A stretch of 64,000 bases of DNA from Eledone cirrhosa (GCA_964016885.1 OZ024751.1:48360001-48424000); one strand, 5' to 3'. Shown: positions 11,401 to 23,922, counted from the stretch's first letter. Numbers and translations are program-made. The notes: a model not told the origin generated them from the sequence alone.

Positions 11401-12180
11401 CATCTACCACTAAATTTAGGATGTCAACCGAATCTTGTCCTAGCCCGTCAGCATTCATCTCCTCAGTGGCCGTATCTCTGTTCCAGGTATTATTTATCTC
11501 AGTATTCAGATCATTGTCTGCTTCAGGTGGTTCCTCCGCTCTCAGGACCTCCTCACCTTCATTTCCCGCCGGCTCGCTTGTCTGGCATACTACACCCGCC
11601 ATCTCCAAGCCATTCTCTCTGCTCAGTTCCTCCAGTTCCAGCTCGCTTATCCACCCATTAGTTCTTATTACCCGAGCCTGCCCGGCCAATTTTTGTTCAT
11701 CAAATTTAAATAAACCAATCTCGTTCCAGATGTTATGCATCCGTCTCCTGTAGCCCCTCTCCTTGGGGTTACTTTTCAGGTAGCATTGCATAACAGTTCT
11801 ATTCAATTCTTTCGTCCAGTTGGTTCTGGCCCCTTTCCTTCTTCTTCTTCCTCCAACATCAGCAGTATTTCGTTGACAGTCAGGTTCCTGCTGCTGAGCC
11901 AGGGGGCACCTGTTGGGTGAGAGTCTGTCACATGACGTTCTAGTCTCCATTTCACCGTTATTCGAACTGTTTATGTTCGATATTTAAACACTCTTATCGA
12001 GGATTGGCGAATGTATGTTTACATAGCCATCTGTGGATCCGCCATCCCACTTGGCCCTTGTGTGGCATTATCACCACGCTGTATACGGACACACATAAAC
12101 AAACAAACACACGGGCAGAAAGGGCCCCAAAAATGAATAAGCATAAGTTTCATTGTAATGTAGTATTCGAATGTCTGACT
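8482..12180 (-). mobile_element. R4/Dong-clade non-LTR retrotransposon, apparently intact; 5' boundary approximate
   Basis: Single long ORF; 3' end runs into (TAA)n at 8417-8481, the known Dong target repeat. Confidence 0.85.
8558..11950 (-). CDS. RT + restriction-like endonuclease polyprotein (1130 aa)
   Basis: N-terminal WTKELN..CY..GYRRRM domain of R4/Dong; YRPITCL, GIFQGDSLSP, LFMDD, YKYLG; CCHC CRICGEREETVAHIVSEC; RHD; PDLVVVD..IVDVACP RLE motif; no stops or frameshifts. Confidence 0.92.
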   Translation of the reverse strand: METRTSCDRLSPNRCPLAQQQEPDCQRNTADVGGRRRRKGARTNWTKELNRTVMQCYLKSNPKERGYRRRMHNIWNEIGLFKFDEQKLAGQARVIRTNGWISELELEELSRENGLEMAGVVCQTSEPAGNEGEEVLRAEEPPEADNDLNTEINNTWNRDTATEEMNADGLGQDSVDILNLVVDELNNDSGRPMNLRFVDRKKLKETTAKVNKVIPYLEARSLHQCNNILKATANTVRKLLGIKARGNNRQERAEPWWKKRLSGQIGEMRNDIGKLESLLNGTLKNIGTKNRLEIKYKTRSKKLNIIIEELKQRIVAKSAKIRRYENRVSQYKQNRMFDNNQKMLFGQLEGKERGTDLIPGAEQAKTFWRGIWEQDVRHNAQAGWIETVQREIGEQAQQQTDLSITVETLKGQAKKLTNWKSPGPDGVQGYWIKHLTSLHPKLTAMFNDCLVSGEVPEWLTKGTTVLIMKDRIKGNDVTNYRPITCLPVMWKLLTSIVSEEIYHHLHTNNLLPDEQKGCRKKSRGTKDQLLIDKMVMGNCRRRHTDLAMGWIDYRKAFDMVPHSWITKSLEIFRVADSIRQLLGRSMGSWETELTSTGVSLGSVKIKRGIFQGDSLSPLLFVLALMPLTIMLRKVRAGYKLGRGELTINHLLFMDDLKLFGKSEKELDVLVDTVRIFSSDICMQFGIGKCGVIVMRRGRLSRSNGIQIPTGEMIKEIDSEEGYKYLGVLEADGIKNKKMKELLRTEYIRRVRSVLKSHLNSRNAISAVNSRAVSIIRYSAGILRWNVAEQKEMDRKTRKLLTIYNMFHKRSDVDRLYLRRSEGGRGLISIEDCVQMEKNNLYKYVTYSKEPMLRAVLKEGTVGQGISKEEITSRRKSSLKGKSLHSTFFEKTEFRDPQTWNWLRRGDLKKATEGMLMAAQEQALKTKWLKHHIYKEEASPLCRICGEREETVAHIVSECKHLAQTHYKGWRHDVMGRVIHWHLCKVNNLPHSEKWYEHRPEAVMENSQVKVLWDFRIQTDKKLEHNRPDLVVVDKEKRSCLIVDVACPFDTRVQEKEREKINRYQDLKWEVKRIWNCHEVKVIPIVIGALGTISKGFQGWLKKIGPFTLFGTLQKACLLGTARTLRYVLNI

Positions 12181-12520
12181 TAGTTTTTGTTTTTTAAGTT
12201 TTACTTTTTCCCCCCTCTTCTCTGTCCGTCCGCCTGCTTCTCTCTTCATTCTTATTTTCTTTACGTTTTTGAGGTTTCTTTTTTTGTTTTTGTTTTTCTC
12301 TGTTTTTCTCGTTTTTTACTGTTGTTGCTGTGCTGCTTTTGTTGTTTGTTTTTTCTTTTTTCTTTTGAGTCTATCTATATATTTTGATGCCTTCCTCTTT
12401 GTTAGTAGTAGGAATTCTATAATGTGGAAGTGGTAGCCAGCAGAGACTAGCGGCGTTGGCGATACTGAGACAGTGGTGGCGGTGATGTCGATACCGAGGC
12501 AGTGGTGGCGGTGATGCGAC

Positions 12521-13172
12521 CGTATTACTGTAGTGATGGTGCTGTAGCGGTGGCAGCAGCAGTGAAGGAGTCAGGGGGTGGTGGCGGCGGTGATGGGATA
12601 GTGGTGGTAATGATGGCCGTAGTGAGCGGTGGCGGTGAAGGTGAAAATGCTGTTGTGTTCAGTGTACACAGATGATGGGGTGGGTGGTGTATCTAGTTTC
12701 TGGTGTTGGTGAGTTTCGCTGTCCTATATAGTGTAGCCAGAGGAGAGGAGGGGGGGGGGGGGGGGTTCTTCTTCTTCCATTTATAGCCATTTTATTTTTT
12801 TTTTTTTGGATATACAGTGTACAATACAAAGTTGAATATTTGAATATTTGAGCCGTATTACTGTAGTGATGGTGCTGTAGCGGTGGCAGCAGCAGTGAAG
12901 GAGTCAAGGGGTGGTGGCGGCGGTGATGGGATAGTGGTGGTAATGATGGCCGTAGTGAGCGGTGGCGGTGAAGGTGAAAATGCTGTTGTGTTTAGTGTAC
13001 ACAGATGATGGGGTGGGCGGTGTATCTAGTTTCTGGTGTTGGTGAGTTTAGCTGTCCTATATAGTGTAGCCAGAGGAGAGGAGGGGGGGGGGGTTCTTCT
13101 TCTTCCATTTATAGCCATTTTTTTTTGGATATACAGTGTACAATACAAAGTTGAATATTTGAATATTTGAGC
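12521..13172. repeat. Tandem direct duplication, ~333-bp unit
   Basis: cgtattactgtagtgatggtgc at 12521 and 12854; near-identical units. Confidence 0.9.
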
Positions 13173-13338
13173 CTTATAACAATATATTTTGGGTCCGAAT
13201 TTTTTGGGGCTCAAGCCGGGTGCTTTACGTAGCATTTGTACGAAGAGTTGTTATTTCACAAATGATTTAAATATGTTAAAAATTCAAAACTTACGGGAGC
13301 GATTTCATGACCTCCGTCACCTCGTGCGTCTTCTTCCC

Positions 13339-13373
<35 letters not shown>

Positions 13374-13871
13374 GGCGACCTACGTAGTAAATCGTATCAT
13401 CGTGAGCTCCGCAAAGGTTTGTTATTTCCGTTTGTTAAAAATTGCCATTTATGGAAAATTTTATTGTTAACCATATATAAGCGCACATACATTGTTTTCC
13501 GAAAAGGACACCCAAAAAGATTGGGGCCTTGTGCCCAAAATTTAAACTTTTATTATTATCAAAAAATTTCTTTGAAAAAAAATGGCTAATTCACCTCTGC
13601 ACGAAGCAGCTGAAAGCCTTCCTCACAAAATAACACCTCACACCGACACCACCATTGTAAATGTTACTACGTTTGCCAACACAAAAAAAAAAAATATAAG
13701 CAGTAGCAATATTTTAAATTTGTCTCAGGCAGACATTCATTTCCCGCCATTACCAATGACTGCAGGTGTTAAAGCCTCCACCACCACCACCACCACCGCG
13801 ACAACCCCCCCACCACCACCGCGACAACAGAAACAAAAGAAGAAAAAAATAAATTAACTCGTGATGTCGAA

Positions 13872-15576
13872 ATGAAATCAAGCAAAATGGACTCTTCCCC
13901 ACCAAAGACGACTGACGTCACCACCACCACAACTGAAACTAAAATTAATATTAACACAAATAACGATAGCAACAACAACAACAATGACATTATAAAACCG
14001 ACCCTCAGTTTCGCCAGAGTAGCAAAACAGTTCGAAGCATTTACGGTAACTCAGGAGGATTTAGAAAATGCCAAACAAATGGTAAAGAAAGATGGGTACA
14101 GGGTCAGCCTCACCCCCCACCTAATAAAATGGAGCATCGGCGCCTATGCACCGTGTCGTATAGAACAATAAATGTAAAATCGCGCCGAGTGGAACGGGCA
14201 TCCGAGTCCCAAATCCAAAAAGCTTTGGGACATGTGTGGGCAAGAAAAACCCACATCAGACGTGGGCAAAAGTATGGAACCGTGGACGTGTTCTTTGAAA
14301 CACCAGAGGAGGCTAGAGAACACTCCATGGCCCCATTAAGAAGTGACGACTTCACACTCGTCCCAAGCTATTGTGGCCAGAGACTCGTAAAGATCAGGGT
14401 GACCCACGTTCCACCGGCCATCGAAATTCCCTGGCTAATAGCGGCCGTCCTCGCCGGCATCGAAGCCAACACCAAAATAATAGCAATAGCAAAAGAAAAG
14501 CAGGAGAACTGGTCCGGATCTGGGATGGAGCTCCTGATCCAAGCGGACCAAAAAAGCATTGAGGAGATCCCAGAGGTAATAGACCGCACTGACGGCAGCC
14601 ACCTCACGGTAATTGTCGAGGGCAGAAGACCTAGGTGCGTCATTTGTGGTGAAGGAACCCACCTAAGGGCTTTCTGCCCTCAGGCTAAAAGGTTGAGGCC
14701 TCCTCTCCTACCCACCCCAGTGACACAACCATCAACACCACCAGTAGCAGAGATAGCAGCAACAACTGTAGCAGCAACAACAGAAGCAACTATAACAGCA
14801 ACAACCCCAGCAACAGTAGCAAAACCAACACCACCACCACCACCAGCAAAACCAACACCACCACCACACAACGCTTCAGAACTAGCACCAGCGCCTACAC
14901 CATCCACCACGCCACAACCAAAACTAACGCCTGTGGAGGATTTTCCACTCCCCGGCCTATCACAACTGGAGACAGATTGTGACGACGAGGAGTGGGAAAC
15001 GATATCCGGAAAAAAAAAAGAAACCAAAAAAGAAAAAATTCTCTTCCTTCCCCCTCCAAAAACAAAATACAGAGGGAAACAAATAAACTAAGAAACAAAA
15101 AAGTTAGGACAGATATACCACCATCCACACCAGCATCACCAACCCCATCAACCCAAACACCAACACCATCACCATCATTAACCCCAACACCACCATCACC
15201 TACACCACAAAAGTCACCAAAATGCGAAACAGAAACAAACCCACAACAAACGCAAACAAAACAAAACAACCAAAACGATACACACTACACAGCATTAAAT
15301 TTGAACAACAAGCAATTATTACACTACATCCAACACAACACCAGCATCACAGAAAAAGACTACACAACAACCACAAAATTCACACCACCTCCACACATAC
15401 ATATCACTCGCATCACACAGAAAACGTACATGACACTAAAACAAAAATTCCCCAAAGACATCGGAGACTTCCGACAAGCACTCTCCAGGAGGATTTATAA
15501 GAACATCCTTCCTGAGGAGGCCACAAGCAGTGAAAAGGATGGAAAAACCGTCCTTCCCCTACGAGAAGTAAGGTAA
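13872..15576 (+). pseudogene. Tx1 ORF1 (gag-like, zinc knuckle), frameshifted
   Basis: Pieces 13872-14171, 14129-15091, 14992-15576; VEGRRPRCVICGEGTHLRAFC CCHC knuckle; homologous to intact ORF1 at 54806-56665. Confidence 0.8.
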
Positions 15577-15610
15577 GTGGTCTTTCCCATCTTTTCCACT
15601 CCTTTTCAAC

Positions 15611-18600
15611 ATGACCTCACTCAGAATAGGCAGCATAAATGCGCGTGGCTTGGGGTCGTCATGGAAGCAGGGCCACCTGCTCAACGACCTCAGGTCACTA
15701 AACATAGATGTAGTGGCCATCAGCGAGACTAGAATCTCCGAAGCACAGGCTTTCGCACCGATCTTCGGCGGCTACGATGTGTACGCATCTCCCAGCCGTC
15801 CGGGATCGGGGGGAGGAGTTGCTGTGCTTTTTCGGAGAGGTTTGGATCTTGCCATACGGGCCATCTTCCTGGACCCAGAAGGTAAGTTGGTGGTGCTGGA
15901 CGTGACCAGCGGAGACGGGCAAGCTTTCAGGTTAGTGGCCGTCTGTGCCCCGACAGGAGCAGGGCGGCCTGATTTCTTCCGGCGTCTGGAGACCTTTCTT
16001 GGAACGTCCCGCTCTTTAGTGTTAGTGGGCGACTGGAACGGGATCTTAGATGCACGCTGGGATTGTGTGGGATTAGTGGATAGGGAAGGAGGGTGCAAGA
16101 GTCTCACCAACCTGCTCAGACGTTTTGAACTGTCTGACAGGTACCGAATGGATTTACCGAATGTACCAATGTGGACTTGGACAAATCGCATAGGGTCATC
16201 CAGATCATATCTAGATAGAGTATTTTGTAGGGAAATAGATAGGTCTAGCATAGGCTGTCCACAATTCAAGATAGTCAGCTACACGGACCACAAATTCGTG
16301 ATCTGTGTGCTTGACTTAGATAGGCTTCATAGACGAGGACTCGGCTACTGGAAGCTAAACGCGTCCTTACCAGCGCGCAAGGCCTACAGAGACCGGATTA
16401 GCGAACTAGTTAAGCGGGCGTTGACGGGGGCCATCGTCAACAACAAGTGGTGGTTTGCTCTGAAAAGAGCAATTAGAATAGAGTCCATTAGGTTTAGTAA
16501 GGCTTTAGCAATAGAGAAAAATAGAGCAGAGGGAGAATTAGTTAGAAAATTAGATGAGGCGCTTAGCAAAGGCATCGCGACCGACGTACTTGCGGCGAAA
16601 TTGGCCCTTGACCAATTCTTCAATGCAAAGCACGAAGGCTGCGTTGTCAGAGCTAGGGTGCGTGCTCTCAGACACGAGGGGACGAAAGCCGTTCAATGGG
16701 CCCGAGTGGCGGAGGCGCGTCGTGGCAACAAAGCCACGATCCGGTCTTTGGTGGACCACGACGGGCGCATGCTACTCGATCCCGGGCAAATGTGTGAAGC
16801 TTTTCAGCGACACTTCGCTCAACTGTTCGGGGGCAGTGGCGGGCCGGATCGAGGGATGGACTTTAGTGTCTACCTCGACGGACTGCCACGGCTTTCGGCC
16901 ACTGAGGCGGAGTGTTGCGAAAAGCCGATAACAACCGCTGAAGTACGGGATGCAATGACTAGTTGCACAAGGGGTAAATCGCCTGGTTTGGATGGTCTGC
17001 CCTATGAACTTTACGTACAAATGCCAAACTTGTTCGGAGGCCTCTTGGCGGACGTCTACTGCAACTGGCAACAGAACGGGAGAATTCCCAGCTCTGTGAG
17101 CCGAGGAGCGGTGGCGCTGCTGAGAAAGGATCCGAACAAGGGGGATAACATAGATGATTTTAGGCCCATAACTCTGCTAAACACAGAGTTCAAGATTTTG
17201 GCCAAGGTGCTAGCAAAGAGGTTGGCGCTTGTCGTTGGTGGTCTGGTGGGAGAGGCACAGACATGCGCCATTCCCGACAGATCCATCCACGACAACCTTC
17301 ACCTCATGCGACACATCGTAGAGAGGGTAGCTAGGTAACTTGGCACGGGTGGGTCTTTGTTCAATTTAGATCAGTCGAAAGCCTTCGATAGGGTCGACCA
17401 TCGTTACCTAGAGGCAGTCCTGAGGGCGGCTGGCTTTGGGCCCGTCTTCAGAGGCTGGATCGCTGCCATGCACAGCAACATCTGCTCTGTAGTGAGAGTG
17501 AACGGTCACCTTTCGGAACCGTTCAACATCATGCGCTCGGTCCGCCAAGGATGTCCCCTCTCGTCCCTATTGTACGTATTGACTCTCGAGCCATTACTGC
17601 ACAAACTGGAGACTTTGAGGGGGATCCCGCGCGAACTAGGATGCGGAAGATCCGTGTCAGCATATGCCGACGATGTCACCGTAGTGGTGTCGAACGCCAA
17701 ACACATCGAGGCGATCGGCACTAAGAGAATACGAAGCGGTGACAGGAGCAATGATCAACCAGGAAAAGTCAGTGGGCCTGCAGCTCGGCACCTGGAGAGG
17801 CAGGTCCATGCCGTCCAACAGCGTCGTCGGGCGCTGGACAGACGGACCGGTTAAATTGCTAGGGGTCTGGTTCGGTCCAGACCTCCAGACGGACAAAAAC
17901 TGGGACGAGGTGACGAGCAGGGTGGCTTCTCTCACCCAGAAATGGGCCGAGAGGAAGCTATCCCTGAAAGGTCGAGCGGAGGTGGCTAACGCGTACATCG
18001 CGCCCGTCATCTACTACCGCCTGACCGTCGTACCTTGTCGTAAGCCCCGCCTGACTGCGCTGGAGCGTTTGCTCTTTCGCTTCTTGTGGAAGGGACGCGC
18101 TCCGATGGTCAGGCGGTCCATCTGCTGTCAACACCCGCTACGTGGAGGGCTGGGAATGCCGTGGCTGATGATGCGCAGACACGCGTTCAGGCTACGAAAT
18201 CTCCACCTCTTCCTCGACGGTGATCAGGTGTGGTCACCGTTTGCTAAACACGTTTTTCCCCAGCTCGTCTCCTTGATGGAGCTGCAGTCCTGGGTCAAGC
18301 GAAGACCGAGAGGGAGTGCTTGGAGACTGGAATGTCTTCAGGCGCTCACAGCCCTCGACCAATCGGGCAATGTGATCGGTGGAAACTCCACCTTGGCGTT
18401 CTATAGGGGATTAGTGGAAGGGAAGAGCGACGACGTACTTGGAGAAACTCTAGGCGTCGACGAAAATCAACTAGCCAATCTCTTCGGAAGGACTTTCGGG
18501 CCGGGGCCTATGGACAACTTCCAGAAATCCCTGGCCTGGCAGTGCTACCGGGGTGCTTTGCCAGTTCGGGATAAACTTTACAGGCATGGATGTGCCGTCA

Positions 18601-19025
18601 GCCGGGCATGTCCGAGATGCGCACAGGGCGACGAAACCGTCCTGCACGCACTCGTCCAGTGTCCGAGCATTGCTGACTTGTGGGTTTATGTCGAACACCT
18701 GCTGTCACGTGTAGGATGGATCCAGCTATCAGCTGAGTCCATCGTGAGGATTGCCCCGCCCTCTTCCTTTAGCCGGGAAGGGCAGGCAGTTTTTATCTGT
18801 CTGGTGGCCATGGCGAAAGAGATAGTATGGTGGACACGTTTGAAAGGGCAGAAGACGAGGACTTACCTCTTCGGTGATGCCCTGATTAACTTTTTCAAAT
18901 TTCATCTGAAAAGGAAAATCAGGGTAGAGAGGGGAGTGCTCTCTTCCCAGCATTTTGTTGAAAGATGGGTGAGAGAAGCAAGTATGGCCCGAATGAATGG
19001 GCCTTCTCTGAGTATGTGTCTGTAA
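15611..19025 (+). pseudogene. Tx1 ORF2: AP endonuclease + RT + zinc finger, one stop and one frameshift
   Basis: SINARGL, SET, GDWN, YLDR, TDHK (APE); SPGLDGL, FRPITLLN, SKAFDRV, QGCPLS, YADD (RT); CPRC..ETVLHALVQC; stop at 17336-17338, frameshift near 17720. Confidence 0.9.
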
Positions 19026-19275
19026 ATTAAAGGTGGAAAACAGGGAGAGGGCACTTGCCCTGGTGGTCAGGGCCACTGTGGTATTTTAATGGGCTTTCTC
19101 CACAATTGTCCCTCGGAAGTCTCCCCCCTATTGGGGAATTTTTCTTTGTTATTTTATTTCATCCTCTGTTTTTTTACACGCAGAAATGCCCATTTGTACC
19201 GTCCTGTATTGTCCTGTACTGTCCTTAATGTCTACTTTATGTAAACCCTTGTGGTTAATAAAGAAAACATTATTA

Positions 19276-19313
<38 letters not shown>

Positions 19314-19454
19314 TTTTTTTCTTTCTCCTCGTGCAATGGCCATACTCGATAACGAGGGGGTAGCCATCATCATGTATGTATGCACGTACGTATATATGCA
19401 TATATGTATGTATGTATGCGTACGTGTATGTATGTATATATGTATTTATGTATA

Positions 19455-19722
19455 ATAAAATGTTACAATATCGTGAGAGAGAATAGAGAGAAGAGGCGTT
19501 ATAGAAGGAGACGATAGAGATAATAAATTGTCATAAGCAGGTGCTTTAGGGCTCGATGCTTGTGTAGACAGGGGTAAATATTAAAAGCGTTAATATTTAG
19601 TGTGCGAATTTAAGCCGAGCAATTATAATCGAAGGAATTGAAGTAAGAGAAGCAGACCGTTAAAATATATTTATAAATATATTTTAACGGTCTGCTTCTC
19701 TTTCTTCAATTTCTTCGATTAT
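19455..19722. repeat. Fold-back element: ~48-bp imperfect inverted arms (~19625-19721) with long one-sided tail
   Basis: agagaagcagaccgttaaaatat...atattttaacggtctgcttctct; no HHR core seen. Confidence 0.6.
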
Positions 19723-19759
19723 GTATTTATGTAGGCATGTATGTATGTATGTATGTATG

Positions 19760-20400
19760 TTCTTCTGGTTTTATAATTACACAAAGTTTTACCAATAGAG
19801 AGAGAGTCGGTTTCTAACATAGACACAAGACTCTCTCATTGGAATTTACACAACATCAACTAGGTAGATATGTATGTATGCATGCATGTGTAGGTATGGA
19901 TGTTATTGAATGTGTGGATGTGTGTGTTTTGAGTTATATGTGTGCATGTGTATATGCTTTGTATCTGTACATGTGTATATGCAGTTATTAGATGCAAAAT
20001 TTTTGGAATGTTTTACATACTTTTACTGTTCTATTAATGGATTGTACTTGTAATTTCCTAACTAGTTGTGTTCTTTCTGTTCCTGTGAAGCCTAGCTTCT
20101 CAAGATTTGTATTGAGGCAGTTACTAACATATCCCAGTGCCCCGATAATCACAGGCATAAATCTGAAGGTGTAACCAGGGTGGAGTATCTGCAGATTTCT
20201 CATCAGTTCTGCATAAATATTCTCCTTTTCACTAATCTTTGATATTATATTGGCATCTGCTGGGCAGTTAACTTCCACTACTGTGCATGTTTTCTTCTCC
20301 CTGTCCCATATCATAATATCTGCTTTGTTATGCCTGCATTTTATTGGGGTTTTTACTGGAACATTCCACCAGTAATCTTTCATATTATGTACATGGATGT
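19760..20400 (-). mobile_element. 3' fragment of R4-like RLE retrotransposon in (CATA)n
   Basis: YWWN..HNKADIMIWDREKKTCTVVEVNCP..PVIIGALG, homologous to 48001-48400 and to the Dong C-terminus; CATA-type repeats on both sides. Confidence 0.8.
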
Positions 20401-20658
20401 CTTCCACATTGTTGTAGCTTTTAATGTGTTTACATTGTTGTAGCTTTTAATGTGTTTATGTATGTAAGTATGTATGTATGTAAGTATGTATATATGTAAG
20501 TATGTATGTATGTAAGTATGTATGTAAGTATGTATGTAAGTATGCATATATGTAAGTATGCGGGTAGACATGAAAATACTCGGTTTGCTGCTCCGAGTGT
20601 GTAGTTAAGGCAATTGACGGTTTTAATAACTTATATATGTGTGTATAGGCATGTGTGT

Positions 20659-20767
<109 letters not shown>

Positions 20768-21190
20768 CGAGAGAGAGGAGAGAGAGAGGGGGCGATAAGA
20801 AATCTGAATAAAAGGTCAGTAATTAACTTGAAATATATTAGAACCCTTTCTTTACATTCTTAAACTTATTTCCATATTTTATTTTTTTGCTATTCGGCCA
20901 TTTGTGAACCCGTTCAACACTGTAACTATAATGTGAATTGCCACTTCCGTTCTTTATGAAACATATTTCCGTTCTGTAATACAATGGCGTGAATGTAGGT
21001 ACAACTTTTAACATTTAATTGAAATCAAATGGCGATCACATCATTATAAAGTTGGTTGTGTGTTGTATTCAATATTGAGGTTGCGAGATCCGTGTATTCG
21101 TTTGACAAGATGCCTAATGGTTCAGAACTTTTCAACACGCAAATGCAATATTAGTTATTACGAACAAATATAAACGTACGAAGCATATTT

Positions 21191-21246
<56 letters not shown>

Positions 21247-21307
21247 GTATATATTCTGTCAGGTGTTTCGACCGGTAGATAATATAAGCAATGGAAAGAC
21301 CAATGAT

Positions 21308-21525
21308 ATAATAATGGTTTCTTATATAGGCACAAGGCCAGCAATTTTGGGGGAGGGGAAAGTCGATTAAATCGACTCCAGTGCATTGCTGGTACTTTAT
21401 TTTATCGACCCCGTAAGGATGAAAGGTAAAGTTAACCTCGATGGGATTTGAACCCATAACGTAAAGGGCCATAACTCTATGCTTCAAACATGGTGTCTGA
21501 CGATCTACCGATACTGCCAAATCCA
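21308..21525 (-). mobile_element. SINE S1 copy
   Basis: Reverse complement of S1 core (ggtactttattttatcgaccccgtaaggatgaaagg). Confidence 0.85.
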
Positions 21526-21654
21526 TAATAGTGCGTTTGCGATGTTTTATTTCAATGCTATACTGTGTTATAGATTATGCCTCTATATGTTTAGCCAACA
21601 ATGTATGTAATTAACAGGTGTAAAACACCTTTTCTCCTCATATAATATATCAAA

Positions 21655-21846
21655 GGGCGGTGGATTGGCAAGTATCGGTAGAGGGTCGGACGCCATGGCT
21701 TGCAGCAAAGAGTTACGGCTCTTTAAGGTCTGAGTTCAAATCTCGCCGAGGTTAACTTTGCCTATCATCCTTACGGAGTCGATAAAATAAAGTACCAGTA
21801 ATACACTAGGATAATTGTTGGCCTTGTGCCAAAAGTTGAAACAATT
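21655..21846 (+). mobile_element. SINE S1 copy, full length
   Basis: ggcggtggattggcaagtatcggtagag head, gttcaaatc B box, core and tail. Confidence 0.88.
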
Positions 21847-21929
21847 ATATTATATATCATATCTTCATGGAGGGAGAAAAGTAAGACCAGCCAGACTAAT
21901 TAGAATCTTAGTAAAAAACACGTTGCCTT

Positions 21930-22585
21930 TCCCTTTCTTTAAGACAAATAGAACTGATAGAAATATCCACTGCCATTTCTAGAACACCTAGCAATCTTGT
22001 AAATACTTCCCTTGTTGCTTGGTAGTAATAAACATATTGTCCTTCTTTTTCTTTAACCCTTTAGCATTTAAATTACTGTATATATACTATTGTATTTTTA
22101 TTGTAAAGGCTTTATCTTCATAATTATCCCACATGATATCGAATCTACAAGATTTTGATATTATTTATTTTGAGAAAAATACCTTAACATAAGTGTGAGC
22201 CGCCAGTTACAGCCAGTTTGAACAGAAAGAGGTGAGAGAATTCTGGCCGGATATGACCGGTTTAAATGCTAAAAGGTTAAGACAATGAGATCTGATAGAA
22301 ACATCCACTGCCATTTCTAGAGCGCCTAGAAAACTTGTAAAGACTTCCCTCGTTGCTTGGTAGTAATAAACGCATTGTCCTTCTTTTTCTTTAAGACAAT
22401 GAGATCTGATAGAAATATCCACTGCCATTTCTAGAGCGCCTAGACAACTTGTAAAGACTTCCCTCGTTGCTTGGTAGTAATAAACGCATTGTCCTTCTTT
22501 TTCTTTAAGACAATGAGATCTGATAGATATATCCACTGCCATTTCTAGAGCGCCTAGCAATCTTTTAAAAAACTTCCCTCGTAGC
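21930..22585. repeat. 114-bp tandem repeat (~3.7 units) interrupted by a MITE
   Basis: Unit ttctttaagacaatgagatctgatagaaatatccactgccatttctag...; period 114. Confidence 0.9.
22057..22276. mobile_element. piggyBac-type MITE
   Basis: TTAA at 22053-22056 and 22277-22280; TIRs ccctttagcatttaaa / tttaaatgctaaaagg; uninterrupted neighbouring repeat units show a single TTAA. Confidence 0.9.
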
Positions 22586-23126
22586 TTCGTATAATCTCGA
22601 AAAGGTTAACCTGGGAAATATCTGGAACACTGTTTTGTTTATATGAAATAAAAAGCAGAGAAAAGTGGTGGTATGATAAGGTGGTGGTTAAACTAGAGGA
22701 GAAGGATCTATTAGCTCAGGGCTAGCATAAACATTTCATTTTTTTCTTCCTTTGCGTCGAAGATCTTTGTTCGAAACATGAAGATATGCATCTCCCTACG
22801 GCATACAAACTTATCCAATTTTTCAGGACACTGTTTACATAGGGCGTCGTTTCTCTCCCTCTCCCTCTCCCTCACTCTTTCCTTCTCTTCACTTTCTATC
22901 TCTCTTTTTCCATCCCTCTCTCTCACTTTCTACCTCTCTTTCTCCCCACTTCTTATTTTCTCATTCGCTTTCTCTCATTTCCTCTCTCTCTTTCTCACCT
23001 TCTACCTCTCGTTCTCCTCACTTCTCATTCTCTCACTCGCTTTCTCCCCCTTTCTACCTCTTTTTCTCTTTCTCTCTCTCATTCACTCTCTCTCTCTTTA
23101 TACCTCCCTTTCTCTCTCTCTCTCTC

Positions 23127-23180
<54 letters not shown>

Positions 23181-23268
23181 TCTCCCTTTCTACCTTTCTA
23201 CCTCTCTTTCTCTCTCACTTCCTCTCTTTCTCTTTCTCTCTTCTCTCTCACTCACTCTCTTTCACTTT

Positions 23269-23315
<47 letters not shown>

Positions 23316-23328
23316 TCTCCCTTTCTAC

Positions 23329-23377
<49 letters not shown>

Positions 23378-23388
23378 TTTCACTTTAT

Positions 23389-23427
<39 letters not shown>

Positions 23428-23503
23428 ACTCACTCTCTTTCACTTTATACGCCCCCTCTCTCACTCTCTCTTTCTACCTCTCTTTCTCTCTCACTTCCTC
23501 TCT

Positions 23504-23554
<51 letters not shown>

Positions 23555-23922
23555 ACTCTCTTTCACTTTATACCCCCCCCCCCTCTCTCTCGCTCTCTCA
23601 CTCACTCTCTTTCACTTTATACCTCCCTCTCTCTGTCACTCACACTCTCTCCCTTTCTACCTCTCTTTCTCAATCTCGTTCTCTCTCTTCCTACGTTTAC
23701 ACAAATTCATTGACTTCCAAACTTTTATCGATAAAACCAAAACAAAACAAACTAAAATTAAGTTTTCGACAAGAAGCAGTTGCAACAGCAGCAGCAGCAA
23801 CAACAAAGGCAACAGCAGTAGTTGCAGTAGTAGCAACAGCAGCAACAGCAGTAACAGCAACAGCAATAGTAGCAACAGAAGCCTCAGCAGCAATAGTAGT
23901 AGTAGTAGTATAGTAGTAGTAA

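Larger units (their letters stand above)
13560..19268 (+). mobile_element. Tx1/L1-clade LINE (family T1), full length, mildly degenerate, inserted in (TTA)n
   Basis: ORF1 + ORF2 architecture; 3' end gttaataaagaaaac followed by (TAT)n; ttattattat at the 5' junction. Confidence 0.88.

Noticed and set aside
11990-12135. HDV-like ribozyme in the R4/Dong 5' UTR
   Set aside because: Helices ggccctt/aagggcc and ggcggat/attcgcc-aat are present on minus, but I could not build the P2/P3/P1.1 nested pseudoknot; needs an RNArobo or Infernal search
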